A stretch of DNA of 64,000 nucleotides from positions 620,001 through 684,000 of the forward strand of contig JASTWF010000048.1 in assembly GCA_030390025.1 (NCBI GenBank), given 5' to 3'. The position numbers and the translations under genes are program-made. The DNA comes from Squalus acanthias. Lineage: Eukaryota. The notes under the pieces are model-generated. The model searched no databases, was not told where the DNA came from, and saw only the letters and a list, made by a program, of their open reading frames with translations. This document shows positions 46,981-60,349 of this stretch, piece by piece (within the stretch, counting starts at the first letter, position 1; every line of letters begins with the position of its first letter).

Positions 46981-49673
46981 GTAAATTTGTTCTTTGAGTA
47001 TCGAGGTTTTAACCCTTTTCTTATCAAAAGTTTGTTTGGCCAGTGTCAATATATGGTCTTTATCAAAATCACCTTTTTAATTTGTTCTAATAATCAAAAT
47101 AGCATTGTCACTCAGACATCTTGGGCGCTCCTTTTTTTCAATACTTTTCCATCAACCCTATCCTTCTGTCTTGTTATCTTGTTTATAGTTTTTCACCCCA
47201 TTGGAATTTTCCATATCTCTTTGATTTCATCGCCTCCCTGTTACAAGGCTTTTATACCAAGGTCTGTTTGCTATCAAAGCTTAGTCAAAACTGCTGTTGA
47301 CTCTCCTTGCAGCTGCATCCTGAACAAGTCTTAGCTTTTTAGTTACCCAGGAGTAATTAACGGTAATATTATTTGGTCAATGGCTACACTTGAATTTATA
47401 TGTATATGATTCTCGTCCACTAAATATCTCTAGATATCAGCCTTTCCTACACGCTTGTGAAAGTTACCAGTGCTTCTGTCTCCAGCACCCTTTCAGGCAC
47501 TGCATTCCCGATCATAACATCTTGTTTGCATAAAAAACTGTCTCCTCATCTACCAGTTGGATGTTTTGCCAATTACCTTAAACCTGTGCCCTCTGGTCAC
47601 CGATCCTGCCTGCAGAGGAGTTAATTTCTCCTTGTCTACTCTATCACAACCGCTCTTACATTTGGAATGATACTTCACAGAAGGAGACCATTCGACCCAT
47701 CGTGCCTCTGCCAGCTCTGTGAAAAAGCTTTCAAATGTGTGCCATTCCCCTGCTCTCTCCCCTATCGATCTGCAAAATTTCCTCCAGGAAATATTTAACC
47801 AATTCCCTTTGGAATGTTACCATTGAATCTGCTTTCATCACCCTTTCAGGATGAGCATTTGAGATCATAATAAACTGCTGTTGAAAAAAATGTCTCCGCA
47901 TGTCACCTCTGTGTGGACAGGTTGGGCCGAATGGCCTCTTTCTGTGCTGTATGTTCTATGTATTCCTATGGTTCTTTTACCAATTACCTTATATCTGTAT
48001 GCTTTGGTTACCGACCCTCCTGCCAGTGGAAGCTAATTTCTCATTATTTATTCGATCAAAACCCTTTATTATCTTGAAAAAGGGGAATGGTAGCATATTG
48101 GTTATGTTGCTGAATGAGTAATGCAGTAAGTCTGGACTAAAGATGCCGAGACTATGAGTTCAAATCCCACCACGGTAACTGGGGAATTTCAATTCAGTTT
48201 CGTAAATAAATTTGGAATTAAAAAGCTAGTGGATTGTTGTAGAAACCCAGCTGGTTCAATTGACTGCCCTCTTGCGGATCAAGAAGGCAGCTCACCACCA
48301 CATTTCTCAAGGACAATGAGAGATGGGCAATAAATGCCGGCCTTGTCAGCGACACCCGCATCCCATGAATGAAAAGAAAATCATTATTACATCTCCCATT
48401 CACATTTTCTGCTTTAAGGAGAACAATCCCAGCTTCCCGAATCTCTCATAACTGAAGCCCCTCATCCCTGGTACCATTCTGGTAAATCGCCTCTTAACCT
48501 TCAATAAGGCGAACAGCCCCATACACAAAGGAAATCATTCATCTTCGAACCCTTAAACGTGTCACGAATGTTTCATGCTGTACAAAGGCGAGATGCCTCC
48601 CCGATATGTTTTTCACTGAGACACCTGGCTCCGGACGGCGGGTACAAACTCTGTTGAAAACCGTTTACCCACTTCTGTATCAGACTCTAGGCGCCTTTTG
48701 AGGTGTTTCTTCAAAGGAATTAGAAGTTCAGCCAGCGAAGAATTTAACCCTTTAATTCTCGTTGAGCACATTGGAACTGAAAGCTGCACTGCCTGAAACA
48801 AGAGAGAACTTTGACCCAACAATGATCCGTGTTTTATAGAATCATAGAATCCTACAGCACAGAGGGAGGCCACTCGGTCAGTCCAGTCCGTGCCGGTTCT
48901 TTGAAAGAGCGATCCAATTAGCCTCCCACGAGTCTCGTCCCTCCCTTCTTCCTCTCACCCTGTCAACAAATCCTTCTATTCCTTTACCCTCATGTGCTTA
49001 TCGATCTTCCCCTTAAATGCATCTGTGTTATTTCCCTCAACCACTCCTTGTGGTAGCGAGTTCCACATTCTCACCACTCTGGATAAAGAAATGTATCCTG
49101 AATTCCCTATTGGACTTATTAATGTCTATCTTACACTTATGGCCCTTTGTTTTGGCTTCTCCTATCCAATTATTTCAACACCCATGCTCATTCCCCGCAG
49201 CCCTGGTTTTATCCTCGTCAAGTTTATGTCCAATTCCCTTGTGAAATTTACCAATGAATCTGTCTGCAGCACCCTTTCAGGAAGTGCTTTCCCGATCATA
49301 AGATCTTGCTGCATGAAAAACTGTCTCCTCATCTACCAGTTGGATTTTATGACAATTAACTTAAATCTGTGCCCTTTGGTCACCGACCCTGCCCGCAGAG
49401 GAATCCATTTCTCCTTGTCTACTCTGTCACAAACGCTCTGAAATTTGAACACGTCTATTAACTCTCCCATTATCGTCTGTGTTGCATCATTCTATGAAGT
49501 TACTAAACTGCCAACGTAATGGGATGGTGGGTGGGTTTCGCAGGAAGTGATGTGTATATATCAATGACAACCGGATGCTCCTTATTTAAACAAATGCAAC
49601 AGAGAAACGGCCTTTAGACGTGGTATTGAGCTGCACTCGTTCACACAGCGAGCCCGCGTCGAATGAATATATC

Positions 49674-50610
49674 ATGTTTCATGAAACTCATTATCTAATC
49701 TTGATAGCTGCATTGATCCCACGTAAGGCAAAATAACAAACTTAAAATAATAATGTATTACAATGTGAGCTGTGGTTCAGTTGATTGCTTTCTTGCCACC
49801 GATTCAGAATGTCGCGGGTTCGAGTCTCACTCCAGAAATTGAGCACCAAATCAATTCTGACGCTCCCAGTGCCAGTAAAAAGGGAGTGCTGCACTATCGG
49901 AGGGGCAGTACTGAGGGAGCGCTGCACTGTCGGAGGGGCAGTACTGAGGGAGCGCTGAACTGTCGGAGGGGCAGTACTAAGGTTATGCTGCACTGTCGGA
50001 GGTGGCAAAAGTCGGATGTCACGTTAATTAATGCTTCCCTCTCAGGTGGACGTGTGTTATCCATTATTTATCCCGCAACCAGAACCTAAAAAATACTCCG
50101 TTTTCATATTGCACTTCGTGGAATCTTGCTGTGTGAAAATTGACTACCGTAATTACTACATTACCAGAGCGACTAAACTTAAAAAAGATCTTCCTTGGTT
50201 GTAAAGCGATTTGGGACGTCCTGGGGTCGCGAAATGCATTTATTTCATTATATGTTGTCCCTGTTCTATTCAATTATTGACGGAAATAATAATCTAATGG
50301 ATGTCCCTTTCGACAGGACTACTCGCCTCGTACGTGGAACAGTCGCCTTCTGTCCTATCGATTGGAGCAGGAGAGTCGACCACGCTCAGATGCACGCTGA
50401 CGAATGATGCTTATTCCTTTTTGTACTGGTACAGACAACAACCCGACCGGGCAATGGAAGCCCTTTTCTATTCTGCTACAGCAGGTGCTGTTACGAAATA
50501 CACGTCCGAGTCCTTTAAGGCCGAAAGAAGCAGCGAAGCGCTGTTTACTTTGGAACTGAGCGACGCCTCTCCGTCTCACACCGCTGTCTATTACTGTGCT
50601 TGTAGTATCG
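49674..50610 (+). CDS. TRBV: TCR beta V segment V3', intact (leader 49674-49722, V exon 50317-50610)
   Basis: Leader MFHETHYLILIAALIP|gtaagg; LLASYVEQSP..LYWYRQ..HTAVYYCACSI. Confidence 0.92.
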
Positions 50611-50649
50611 CACAGCGTTTGAGAAAGCGGCTCCCCAGCGACAAAAACC
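50611..50649 (+). other. 23-RSS of V3'
   Basis: cacagcg + 23 nt + acaaaaacc. Confidence 0.95.
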
Positions 50650-51769
50650 TGCAGCGGATGAATTGGAGTTCAGTGATCATTTTCCACCAACAGGTGGCAG
50701 CACTAGATGGAAGTACAGTGCAAATTTTCTGCCGATAAGGTCATAGCATCATAGAATGATCCAGTACGGAAGGAGGCCATTCGGACCATCCTGCCTGTAC
50801 CAGCTCTTTGAAAGAGCTATCCAATTAGTTCCACTTCCCCCTGCTCTTTCGCCATATTGCAAATTCCTTCCCTTCACGTTATTATTCAATACACTTTTTA
50901 AAGTTATTTTTGAATCTGCTTCCACCACTCTTTCAGACAATGTGTTTGGCATTATAACAACTCGCTGCATAAAGAAAAAAATCTCCTCATCTTCCCCACT
51001 GATTCGTTAGCCAATTACTTTAAATCTGTGTCCTTTGTTTACCGTCCCTTCTGCCACTGGAAAGAGTTTCTCCTTATTTAGTCTCATCAAATTATTTATG
51101 ATTTTGAACACCTCTGTCAAATTTTCCCTTAAGCTTCTTTGCTCTAAGGAGTACAAACCCAACTTTTCCACTCTCTCCACCTAACTTAACCTCTGCATTC
51201 CTGGTGGCAGTCGAGTGAATCTCTTCTGCGCAATCTCTGAGGACTTGACATTAACTTGGCTCCATTTAGTTTATATTGCCAGGTGACAGCTCGATATGGA
51301 ACTTCAGTGTTGACGTTTTGCCACCTGGTGCCAGCTCGAGATAGCTGTTCAGTGCTTATTTTCGCCACAAGTTGGCAGCACTTGTGTCATGCGCACCTTG
51401 ACAAAGTTGTTATACGCTCGGCCATTCTGTATGGACGATCGCGGCCTTTTTAATCGGCGCCATTGGATGGAGGGATTGAGGCAGAACAGGTTTCAACACA
51501 GAGCAAGACTCAGCTCACGTTGCACAGTATCAACATTGGCTCAGTGGTTCGCACTTTCCTCTCTGAGTGAGAAGGCCGTGGCTTGAAGTTAAACGCCATC
51601 GGCTTGAGCCAATCATTCAGGATAACACTTCAGTGCCTGTACTAAGGCAGCATCGCACTGGCGGAAGGGCAGTACTGGAGGAGTGTTGCACGGTCGGAGG
51701 AGCCATCTTAAAATCGTCTGCCCTCTCGGGTGAACAAAAAAGAAGAATGAAAGAAAGACTTGCATTTCT

Positions 51770-53670
51770 ATTGCACTGTTCAAGACGACGTCACGTCTAA
51801 AAGCGCATTACGGCCAAAGAAATACATTTGAAGTATAGTCATTTGTAACGTAGGACACTTTGCAGACAATTTTTGCACAGCAAGCTCCCACAAACCGCAA
51901 TAAGATACTGGATTAGTCACTCTTTTTAGTGATGTTGGTTGATGATATATATTGGCCCACGAAATCGGGGAGAATGCCACTGCACACCTTCCAATAGTGT
52001 CCATGGGCAGATGGGGCCTTGTTTTACGTCTCTTTCGAAAGAAGGCACCACCGACAGTACAGCGCTCCCTCAGTACTACCCATCTGACAGTGCATGCACA
52101 CTCAGTACTGCGCCTCCGACAGTGCAGCACTCCCTCACAACAGCCCCTCCGACAGTGCAGCGCTCCCTCAGTATTGCCGATCTGACAGTGCACGCACACT
52201 CAATACTGCACCTCCGACAGTGCAGCGCTCCCTCAGTACTTCCCATCTGAGAGTGCACGCAAACTCAATAATGCGCCTCCGACAGTGCAACGCTCCCTCA
52301 GAACTGCCCCTCCGACAGTGCAGCGCTCCCTCGCTACTGCCCTTCTGACAGTGTAGCACTCCCTCAGTACATCCCCTGTGACAGTGCAACGCTCGCTCAG
52401 ACATGCACTTCCGACAGTTCAGCGCACCCTCAGTACTGCCCGGCCGACAGTGCAACGCTCCCTCAGTGCTGATCCTTCGACAGTAAAGCGATCCCTCAGA
52501 ATTGCCCCTCCGACAGTGCAGCGCTCCCTCAGTACTGCTCCTCCGACAGTGAAACGCTCACTCAGTATTGCCCCTTCCACAATGCAGCACTCCCTCAGTA
52601 CTGCCCCTCCGACAGTGCAGCGCTCCCTCAGTACTGCCCCTCCGACAGTACAGTGCTCCCTCAATAATGCACCTCCGACAGTGCAGCGCTCCCTCAGTCC
52701 TGCATCTCAGACAGTGCAAAGCTCCCACAGTACTGCCCCTCCGACATTGTAATGCTCCCTCAGTACTTCTGATGCGACACTGCAGCGCTCCCTCAGTACA
52801 GCCCGTCTGATAGTGCAGCGCTCCTGCAGTATTGCCCTTCTGACAGTGTAGCGTGTCCTCAGTACTGCCCCTCCGACTGCGCAGTGCTCCCTGTCTATTG
52901 CCCCTCCGACAGTTTAACGCTCCCTCAGCAATGCCCCTCTGACAGTGCAGCGCTCCCTCAGTACTGCCCCTCCAACAGTGCAGTGATCCCTCAGTACTGC
53001 CCCTCCGACAGTACAGTGCTCCCTCAATAATGCACCTCCGACAGTGCAGCGCTCCCTCAGTCCTGCATCTCAGACAGTGCAAAGCTCCCACAGTACTACC
53101 CCTCCGACAGTGTAATGCTCCCTCAGTACTTCTGATGCGACACTGCAGCGCTCCCTCAGTACAGCCCGTCTGATAGTGCAGCGCTCCTGCAGTATTGCCA
53201 ATCTGACAGAGTAGCGTGTCCTCAGTACTGCCCCTCCGACTGCGCAGTGCTCCCTGACTACTGCCCCTCCGACAGTTTAGAGCTCCCTCAGTAATGCCCC
53301 TCTGACAGTGCAGCGCTCCCTCAGTACTGCCCCCCCAACAGTGCAGTGATCCCTCAGTACTGCCCCTCTGACAGTGCAGCGTGCCCTCAGTACTGCCCTT
53401 CTGACAGTGCAGCGCTTCCTCAGTACTGCCCCTCCGATCGTGCAGCGCTCCCTCATACTGCCCCTCCGACAGTGCAGCGTTTCCTCAGTACTTCCCCTCT
53501 GACAGTGCAGAGCTCCCTCAGTACTGCCCCTCTGACAGTGCAGAGCTCCCTCAGTATGGGTGCGCGCAGTGTCGTCCTGAGTTATGTGTTTGTGTCTCTT
53601 GTGTGGGGCTCGAACGCCCAGCCTTCTGATTCAGTGTCAACAGCACTATCTGAGCCACGGCTGACACGTG
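51770..53670 (-). mobile_element. Antisense SINE with a 33-bp array (~52050-53560)
   Basis: Paralog of 13530-15230; contains a higher-order internal repeat (~52630-52990 repeated at ~52990-53350). Confidence 0.85.
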
Positions 53671-53750
53671 ACTTCAGTATATGACGCTTCAAACATATTC
53701 CGACATTCCGGCGGAGAAAGGACTATTCTGTCCTTGTACCGGAACTAAAC

Positions 53751-54833
53751 ATGTTTCGTGAAGTGTCCTATTTAATCTTGTCGATTGCTTTAATTTCAGG
53801 TAAGTTTAAACAATGCGCCAATCTGAACGTCGGAACACAATGCATATTTAACAATAGTTTCTATGATTAGGCTGGTTTAATCCACGAAAACATAGATTCC
53901 TACTTTTATAGAGTACAGAAGCAATGAAGTTATGCTAAACCATTATAAAACACTAGTTATGCATCAGATCAACTAATGTGTTCAGTTCTGGGCATCACAC
54001 AGGCCAAGGATGTCAAGGCCTTGGAGACAATGAAATGAGATTTACTAGAATGGTACCAGGAATGAGGGAGTTCAGTTACACGGAGAGACTGGAGAAGCTT
54101 GATTTTTTCTCCTTGGAGAAGGGAAGATTAGAGGAGATTTAACAGAGGTGTTCAAAATTATAATGGGTTTCGTTAGAGTAAATAAGGAGAAAATGTTTCC
54201 ACTGGCAGGAGTGTCGATAACCAGAGGACACAGAGTGTAGGTGACTGGCAAAATAACCAGTAGGGAGATGAGTAGAATTTATTTTGCACAGCGAGTTGTT
54301 TTTCGGAATGCACAGCCTGAAAGTGTGGTGGAAGGAGATTCAATAGTAAGTTTCAAACGGGAATTGGGTACATACTTAAGATGGTAAGCATTACTGTACT
54401 ATGAGGAAAGAGCTTGTTGGCAGTGCGACTAATGGATAGCTCTTTCAAAGAGCCGGTACAGGCAATATGGATAAATTTGCCTTCTTCTGTACTATATAAT
54501 TCTATCAAAACAAATCTGACTCTTTCCTCCATTTGACAGAAGTGTCTGCTTCGTTCGTTGACCAGTCGCCGAAAACTGTGTCTGTTGGCTCAGGAAAATC
54601 TGTCGTAATGAGATGTATCCTAAGGAACAGTAACTATCGCGACATGTACTGGTACAGACAAGGGACAAGCCGGGAACTCGTTGCTCTATTCCATTCAGCT
54701 GGGACCGACCACGTTTCAAATTACACCTCCGGACTCTTCAAAGCCCAGAGACCCAGCGACACCGAGTTTACTCCGGACCTCATCGGAGCCTCTCAGTCGG
54801 ACACCGCCGTCTACTTCTGCGCTTGCAGTAATG
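53751..54833 (+). CDS. TRBV: TCR beta V segment V4', open but with Leu->Pro in FR3 (leader 53751-53799, V exon 54540-54833)
   Basis: Leader MFREVSYLILSIALIS|gtaagt; exon ..EFTPDLIG..DTAVYFCACSN versus EFTLELTG in V4; longer CR1-containing intron. Confidence 0.85.
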
Positions 54834-54872
54834 CACGGCGGGTGAAAACACCGCCTCTCTGTGACAAAAACT
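54834..54872 (+). other. 23-RSS of V4'
   Basis: cacggcg + 23 nt + acaaaaact. Confidence 0.9.
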
Positions 54873-55919
54873 TCCTGAACCAGCACCAGAGGAATGCTAT
54901 GAGTTCACTCGCCAGATGGTGGCGCTGTGGCCCTTCGACACCCGCGAACACCCGGAAGTGTCCCTCCCGACCGTTCATTCATTGCACGCAGATCGGGATG
55001 TTTCCCATTTGATCCACTGGATGCTAACTTCATGTAAACATTGTGAGAACCTGGACGTGTTTAGGTGGAGAAAACGCTTCTGGTCTAACGCCCAATATTT
55101 CCATTGTAGCCGAGAATTGATCGATATTTAAAAAAAAAGTTAGCTTTCATTTTGTTTGTAAAACTGCTTTCTTTTCTCTCTCTCTTGCCTCTGTCTCTCT
55201 CTCTATCCATCTCTCGCTCGCTCTCGCTCTCGCTCTCTTTATCTCTGTCTTGTCTCTCTGTCTGTATCTATCTCTTTCTCTCATTATCTCTCTCTGTTTC
55301 CCTCTATCGTGTCTCTCTTCTGTCTTGCTCAGTCTGCCTCTCTCACTCACTCATTGTCTCTCTGTCGCTCTCATTTTTTCTAACTCCATTTCTGTGTGTC
55401 TCGTCTCTCTTTCTCTCATTCTCTCTCTGTGTTTCTATCTATGTTTATCGCTGTGTCTGTCCTTCTGTCTCTCTCTGTCTGTCTCTCCCTGCCTCTCCCT
55501 CGGCCTCTCTCACCCATTCTCTCACATTTTCTCCCTTTCTCTACCTCAATTCACAATTCGTTCTGAACCTCGATCTCCACACGGTAGCAGCGGTTTTATT
55601 AAGTTTTCTAGAACCTTACATTAATTAGTTTCCTTCTAAGATCTTTCAGGTCAAGACTCAGCTAGATTGCATTTGTCGTTTTCACTTTTTACTTTGAGGA
55701 CATTATAATTTTATCAGTTCAATAAACCCGACGTATTATTTGACTTAACCTGTAGAGTAAATATAAGCGAGAAGTTCGCACCGCAATTTGAGGAAAGTAA
55801 TTTGTTTCTTTCCTTTTCTCTCACTTCTGCTCCTGCCTCAATCCCTTTCATACTCCCTGCCATCACCTATTGTACTCTCACGATTGATCTGCCTTAATGT
55901 TTTTTAAATACTCTTTCAG

Positions 55920-56226
55920 ATTTTCGTTCCCAACGACTCTTCATCCAGAGCCCGTCGGCCACCGTCCAGGTTCTAGGGGAGGAAGCCGTGTTCTACTGTG
56001 GAATCGGGCAGGGCAAGATGAGTAACTATTGGTTGGCCTGGTACGTGCAGATCGGTGACCGCCTGGATTGGATCAGATTGGCTGTACTTCCTGCATCCAA
56101 CAGCAGAAAAAGATACTGAAGTCTATTACGAGCCTACAAATAACACTTTCACCCTGTCCCTGAAAAACGCCCTGTTCAAGAACAGCGGAATATATTACGG
56201 TGGGGTCGGCGAGGATGCGCAAAGTG
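55920..56226 (+). pseudogene. V5' pseudogene
   Basis: Same frameshift as V5; second Cys->Gly (YYGGV); heptamer remnant caaagtg at 56220-56226 followed by the same LINE (56227-~56815). Confidence 0.85.
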
Positions 56227-58862
56227 TTCTGCGGCGAGTGCCTCACCTCCTGACTCCCCAAAGCCATGCCACCATCTACAAGGCACAAGTAAGGAGTGCG
56301 ATGGAATACTCTCCACTTGCCTGAATGAGTGCAGCTCCAGCAACACGGAAAAAGCTCGACACCATCCAGGACAAAGCAGCCCGCTTGATTGGCACACCAT
56401 CCACCACCTTAAACATTCACTCCCTCGACCACCGGCGTACCGTGGCTGCAGTGTGTACGATCTACAAGATGCACTGCGCCACCTCGCCGATGCTTCTTCG
56501 GCAGCACCTCCCAAACTCACGACCTCTACCACCTAGAATGAGAAGGGCAGCAGGCGCATGGTTACATCACCACCTCCAAGTTCCCCTTCAAGTCACAAAC
56601 CATCCTGACTTAGAAGTATATCGCAGATCCTTAATCGTCGCTGGGTCAAGATCCTAGAACTCCCTCCCGAACAACACTGTGGGAGCACCTTCACCACACG
56701 GACAGCAGTGGTTGAAAAAGGGTGCACTCCAACACCTTCTCTAGGGTAATTTGGGAGGGACAATAAATGCTGGCCTTGCCAGCGATGCCCACATCCCATG
56801 AACGAATTTTATAAATATGTTATAGGAATTCAGGGGATCTACGCGAAAATTCTCAATCGAATAAAGTATCATTCTCCGCAACTCCTCTGGGCTCGCCGAT
56901 ATATTTTGGCTCCCAGCTGAGCAGCACTTCAACTTTAAAATTCTCATCCTCGTGTTCAAATCCCTCCCTTCCCTGTCTGTGTAAGCTTCTCCAGCCCTAC
57001 AACCGTCCGAGATCTTTGCTCTCCTCCTACTCGGACATCTTTTGCATCCCCGATTTCCATCTCTCGACCATTCGCGGCCGCGACTTCAGCTGGCTCAGTA
57101 ATAATCTCTGAAATTCTCTAATCCCTAAACCTCTCTAACTCTCTATCCTCGTTTAAGACACTCCTTAAATCCTACCTATTCGACCAAGATTTACGTCACC
57201 TGTTCTAATCTATCCTTATGGGTTTCGCTGTCAGATTTTGTTTGATAACTGTGCAGTTGGTTGTGTTAGTTTGTTTTACTACATTAAAGGCGCTATATAA
57301 ATGCAAATTGTTTTGTTGTAAAGTCATCTCCGCATGCGTCAATAGGAAAGAACAATAACCAATAAAATTACTGAGCAAGTCTGTCTTCTCAATGCTGATT
57401 ACTCGAGAGTTGTTCTGTGATTGATTGAGAATGATCCACACTGAAGTTTACAACCAAAATACAGAGGATAATTCACCCCATCAGTCCAGCTGGAGTAGCA
57501 TGCATTTCTCTCGGAATTAGAATCAACAAACTTATAATTTACTGCAGATTCTTCCATTTTCTATCTATTTTCTTACCTATTTCAATGCAATTGACACCGT
57601 GTACGTTCCTACTAACTGATCTATTAGTCTTAAGTATCACCACTGCAGAAAAGTGAGCGGAATATCCTAGAAATTCAGCAATGCTTCTCCCGATCACCCA
57701 CCCTTTTTCCAGGAAAGGGGCTTCCCTGTTAAATCAAAGAATCAGATTATTCCTAAGTATATCGGTTCCCATGCCAGTAATAAAACAACTTGTTGTTTGT
57801 ATTAATGGCGACAGAAAGTAGAAGCAAGTCTAGACGTCTATGCACTTACAAGTAGGCTATCCATCGGGGACTACGAACTCCCAACCAATCCAGGGGAGTT
57901 CTCAGCACAGTATTGATGAAAACAATACAGATTTATGCACCTTAAAGACAAATGCAAAGCAGTCAGATTACTTGTCCTGAACCTATCAATTTCGCGATTA
58001 CTGTCATGTGATCCTTAAGTTTCATATGCTAACACGTCAGTAGATGGCGATGTTGCACCACGTCTATTCCAGTCTCACTGGATATTCAATAAAAGAGTAG
58101 TTAATTTTGCAGAATGTTATACATATCAAATTTGACCAGGTAACTAACAGTTGAAATTTAAACAGGCTCTCTCCAAACTAGGCTATAATTCTTTACACAA
58201 ATACATTGATTCTTCTTTAGTGACATAAACGGATGCCTCCTGCTTGGTTAGCTTTGGACTGTGGAATCTTAAAGTCCTAACCTAATCCATCTGTTAGCCT
58301 CTATCACACAGTAATTAGGAAAGCTAATAGAATGTTATCGTTTATTGCCAGGCTAATTGAGTACAAAAGTAGGGAGGACTGCTTCAGTTATACAGGGCAT
58401 TGGTGAGACCACATCTGGAGTACTGTGTACAATATTGGTCTCCTTATTTAAGGTAGGATGTAAATGCGCTGGAAGCAGTTCAGAGAAGGTTTAGTAGACT
58501 AATACTTGGAAAGGGCGGGTTGTCTTATGAGGAAAGGTTGAACAGGCTAGGCTTCTATCCGCTGGATTTTAGAAGAGTAAGAGGTGACTTGATTGAAACA
58601 TATAAGATCCTGAGTGGTCTGGACAGGGTGGATGTGTAGAGGATGTTTCCTCTTGTGGGAGAATCTAGAACTAGGGGTCACTGTTTAAAAATAAGGGGTC
58701 GCCCTCTTAAGACAGAGATGAGAAGAATTTTTTTTGGAACTCTCTTCCTCAGAGGGCGGTGGAAGCAGAGTATTTAAATATTTTTAAAGCAGAGGTAGAT
58801 AGATTCTTGTTAAGCAAGGGGGTGAAAAGTTATCGAGGGTCGGCGGGAATGTGGAGTAATCG

Positions 58863-58903
58863 AATCACCTGACGAAGGAGCAGCGCTCCGAAAGCTTGTG
58901 ATT
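58863..58903 (+). ncRNA. Minimal type-I hammerhead ribozyme motif (Penelope-type terminal repeat fragment 58863-58956)
   Basis: aatcac-CTGACGA-a-ggagc-agc-gctcc-GAAA-gc-TT-gtgatt: stems I and II pair perfectly; palindromic AAGCTT at helix III. Confidence 0.75.
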
Positions 58904-59130
58904 TCAAATAAAGCTGTTGGACTATAACCTGGTGTTGTGCGACTTCTCACATTTGTTCACATTCTGTGCGGCAGATACAACTTGAACGTGGCTGCGTCGT
59001 CTGGGAAATGATGTCACTTCCGGGGGCTCGGTTTCGAGTCGCACCTGGACTGCCGGTCAGTCAGAATCGGAGGCACTTGTTGTGAGAACACGATCATTGC
59101 AGCAATCAACCCGGCCACTTCGATCCAATT

Positions 59131-60278
59131 ATGCAAATAGATTTAATGTTATTTGTTTTTCTACTTTTCCTGCCGGGTAAGTATACTGCATTCAAATAAG
59201 ATTATTTTTATTGATGTTTTCCATTAGACAGTAGATTTCACTAAACTGGCACCGTTAGATGTGCGGCTGAATGGGTGCAAACTCGTCTTAGGCTTTACCG
59301 CATTAACGTAGTTGAAGATCAGACGCAAAGCGATTAACGCGTGGCCCATAGATTAGCACCCATTTTGCGCTACCGCCCGTCGAATTTCTAACCCACTGTT
59401 TAATATTTACTTGATTAAGTTATGAATTGGAGATCAATTGTTTATTTAGGAACAATATAGCAACAGGTTCACTGGAAATCGAGGGACTGCCGCACCAGGA
59501 AACAATGCAGGTCAGCGAGTCTGTGCTGCAGGGGTGATAGGCGAGCGGGACTTATTGTGAAATAGGATAATAATGACATATGATGTTGTTGCGAAATACA
59601 ACACATGCAACTGACTTACTCTAGTCGCGGACCTGCTCCATTTTACAAGCAAATTCGGTCATCGATTTAAGATAATTGACAAAAGAACCAGAAGGGACAT
59701 GAGGAGAAATTGCTTTTTTTTCATCCCAGCGAGTAATGATGACCTGGTATCCACTGCCTGAAAGGCCTGTGGCAGTAGTTTGAAAAGTCACTTTCGAAAG
59801 GGAATTTGTTCAAGACCTGAAAGGGAGAACATTGCAGGGCTAAGGGGAAAGAGCAGGTGAGTGGGATTAATTGGAGAGCTTTACAAAAAGATCCGGCACA
59901 GACACTATAGGCCGAATGGCCTCATTCTGTGCTTTCGGATTTAATTAATTCTCTTAATTTGTTTTGTTTTTTAGATTTAACACACGGATTGAGGCCTCTT
60001 CAAAGTCCACTCACGCTGGTGATTGAAGAAGACAAACTTACAACCATAAGTTGCTATGAACAGGATTCGACACCTCAATCCATGCTCTGGTACCGCCAAT
60101 CGGCTGGCCAGGGTCTCACGTTGATCGGATACATTCAAGTCGGTGGAACGGTTCATTACGAAGAGAAGGATGAAACCCGTTTTGAAATTTCAGGAAACGG
60201 CGATAGAAACTCCAATCTGAAGCTCCCCAGGTCCGCACCTGCAGACACGGCGGTCTATTACTGTGCGACGAGTAAACG
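59131..60278 (+). CDS. TRBV: TCR beta V segment V7', intact (leader 59131-59176, V exon 59975-60278)
   Basis: Leader MQIDLMLFVFLLFLP|gtaagt; LTHGLRPLQSP..MLWYRQ..DTAVYYCATSKR. Confidence 0.92.
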
Positions 60279-60317
60279 CACAGCGTTGCAGACTGGTTGA
60301 GCGCCCTGTCAAAAACC
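60279..60317 (+). other. 23-RSS of V7'
   Basis: cacagcg + 23 nt + tcaaaaacc. Confidence 0.93.
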
Positions 60318-60349
60318 CAGCCGGCTCGAAGCATGAAGAAGGAACGAAA

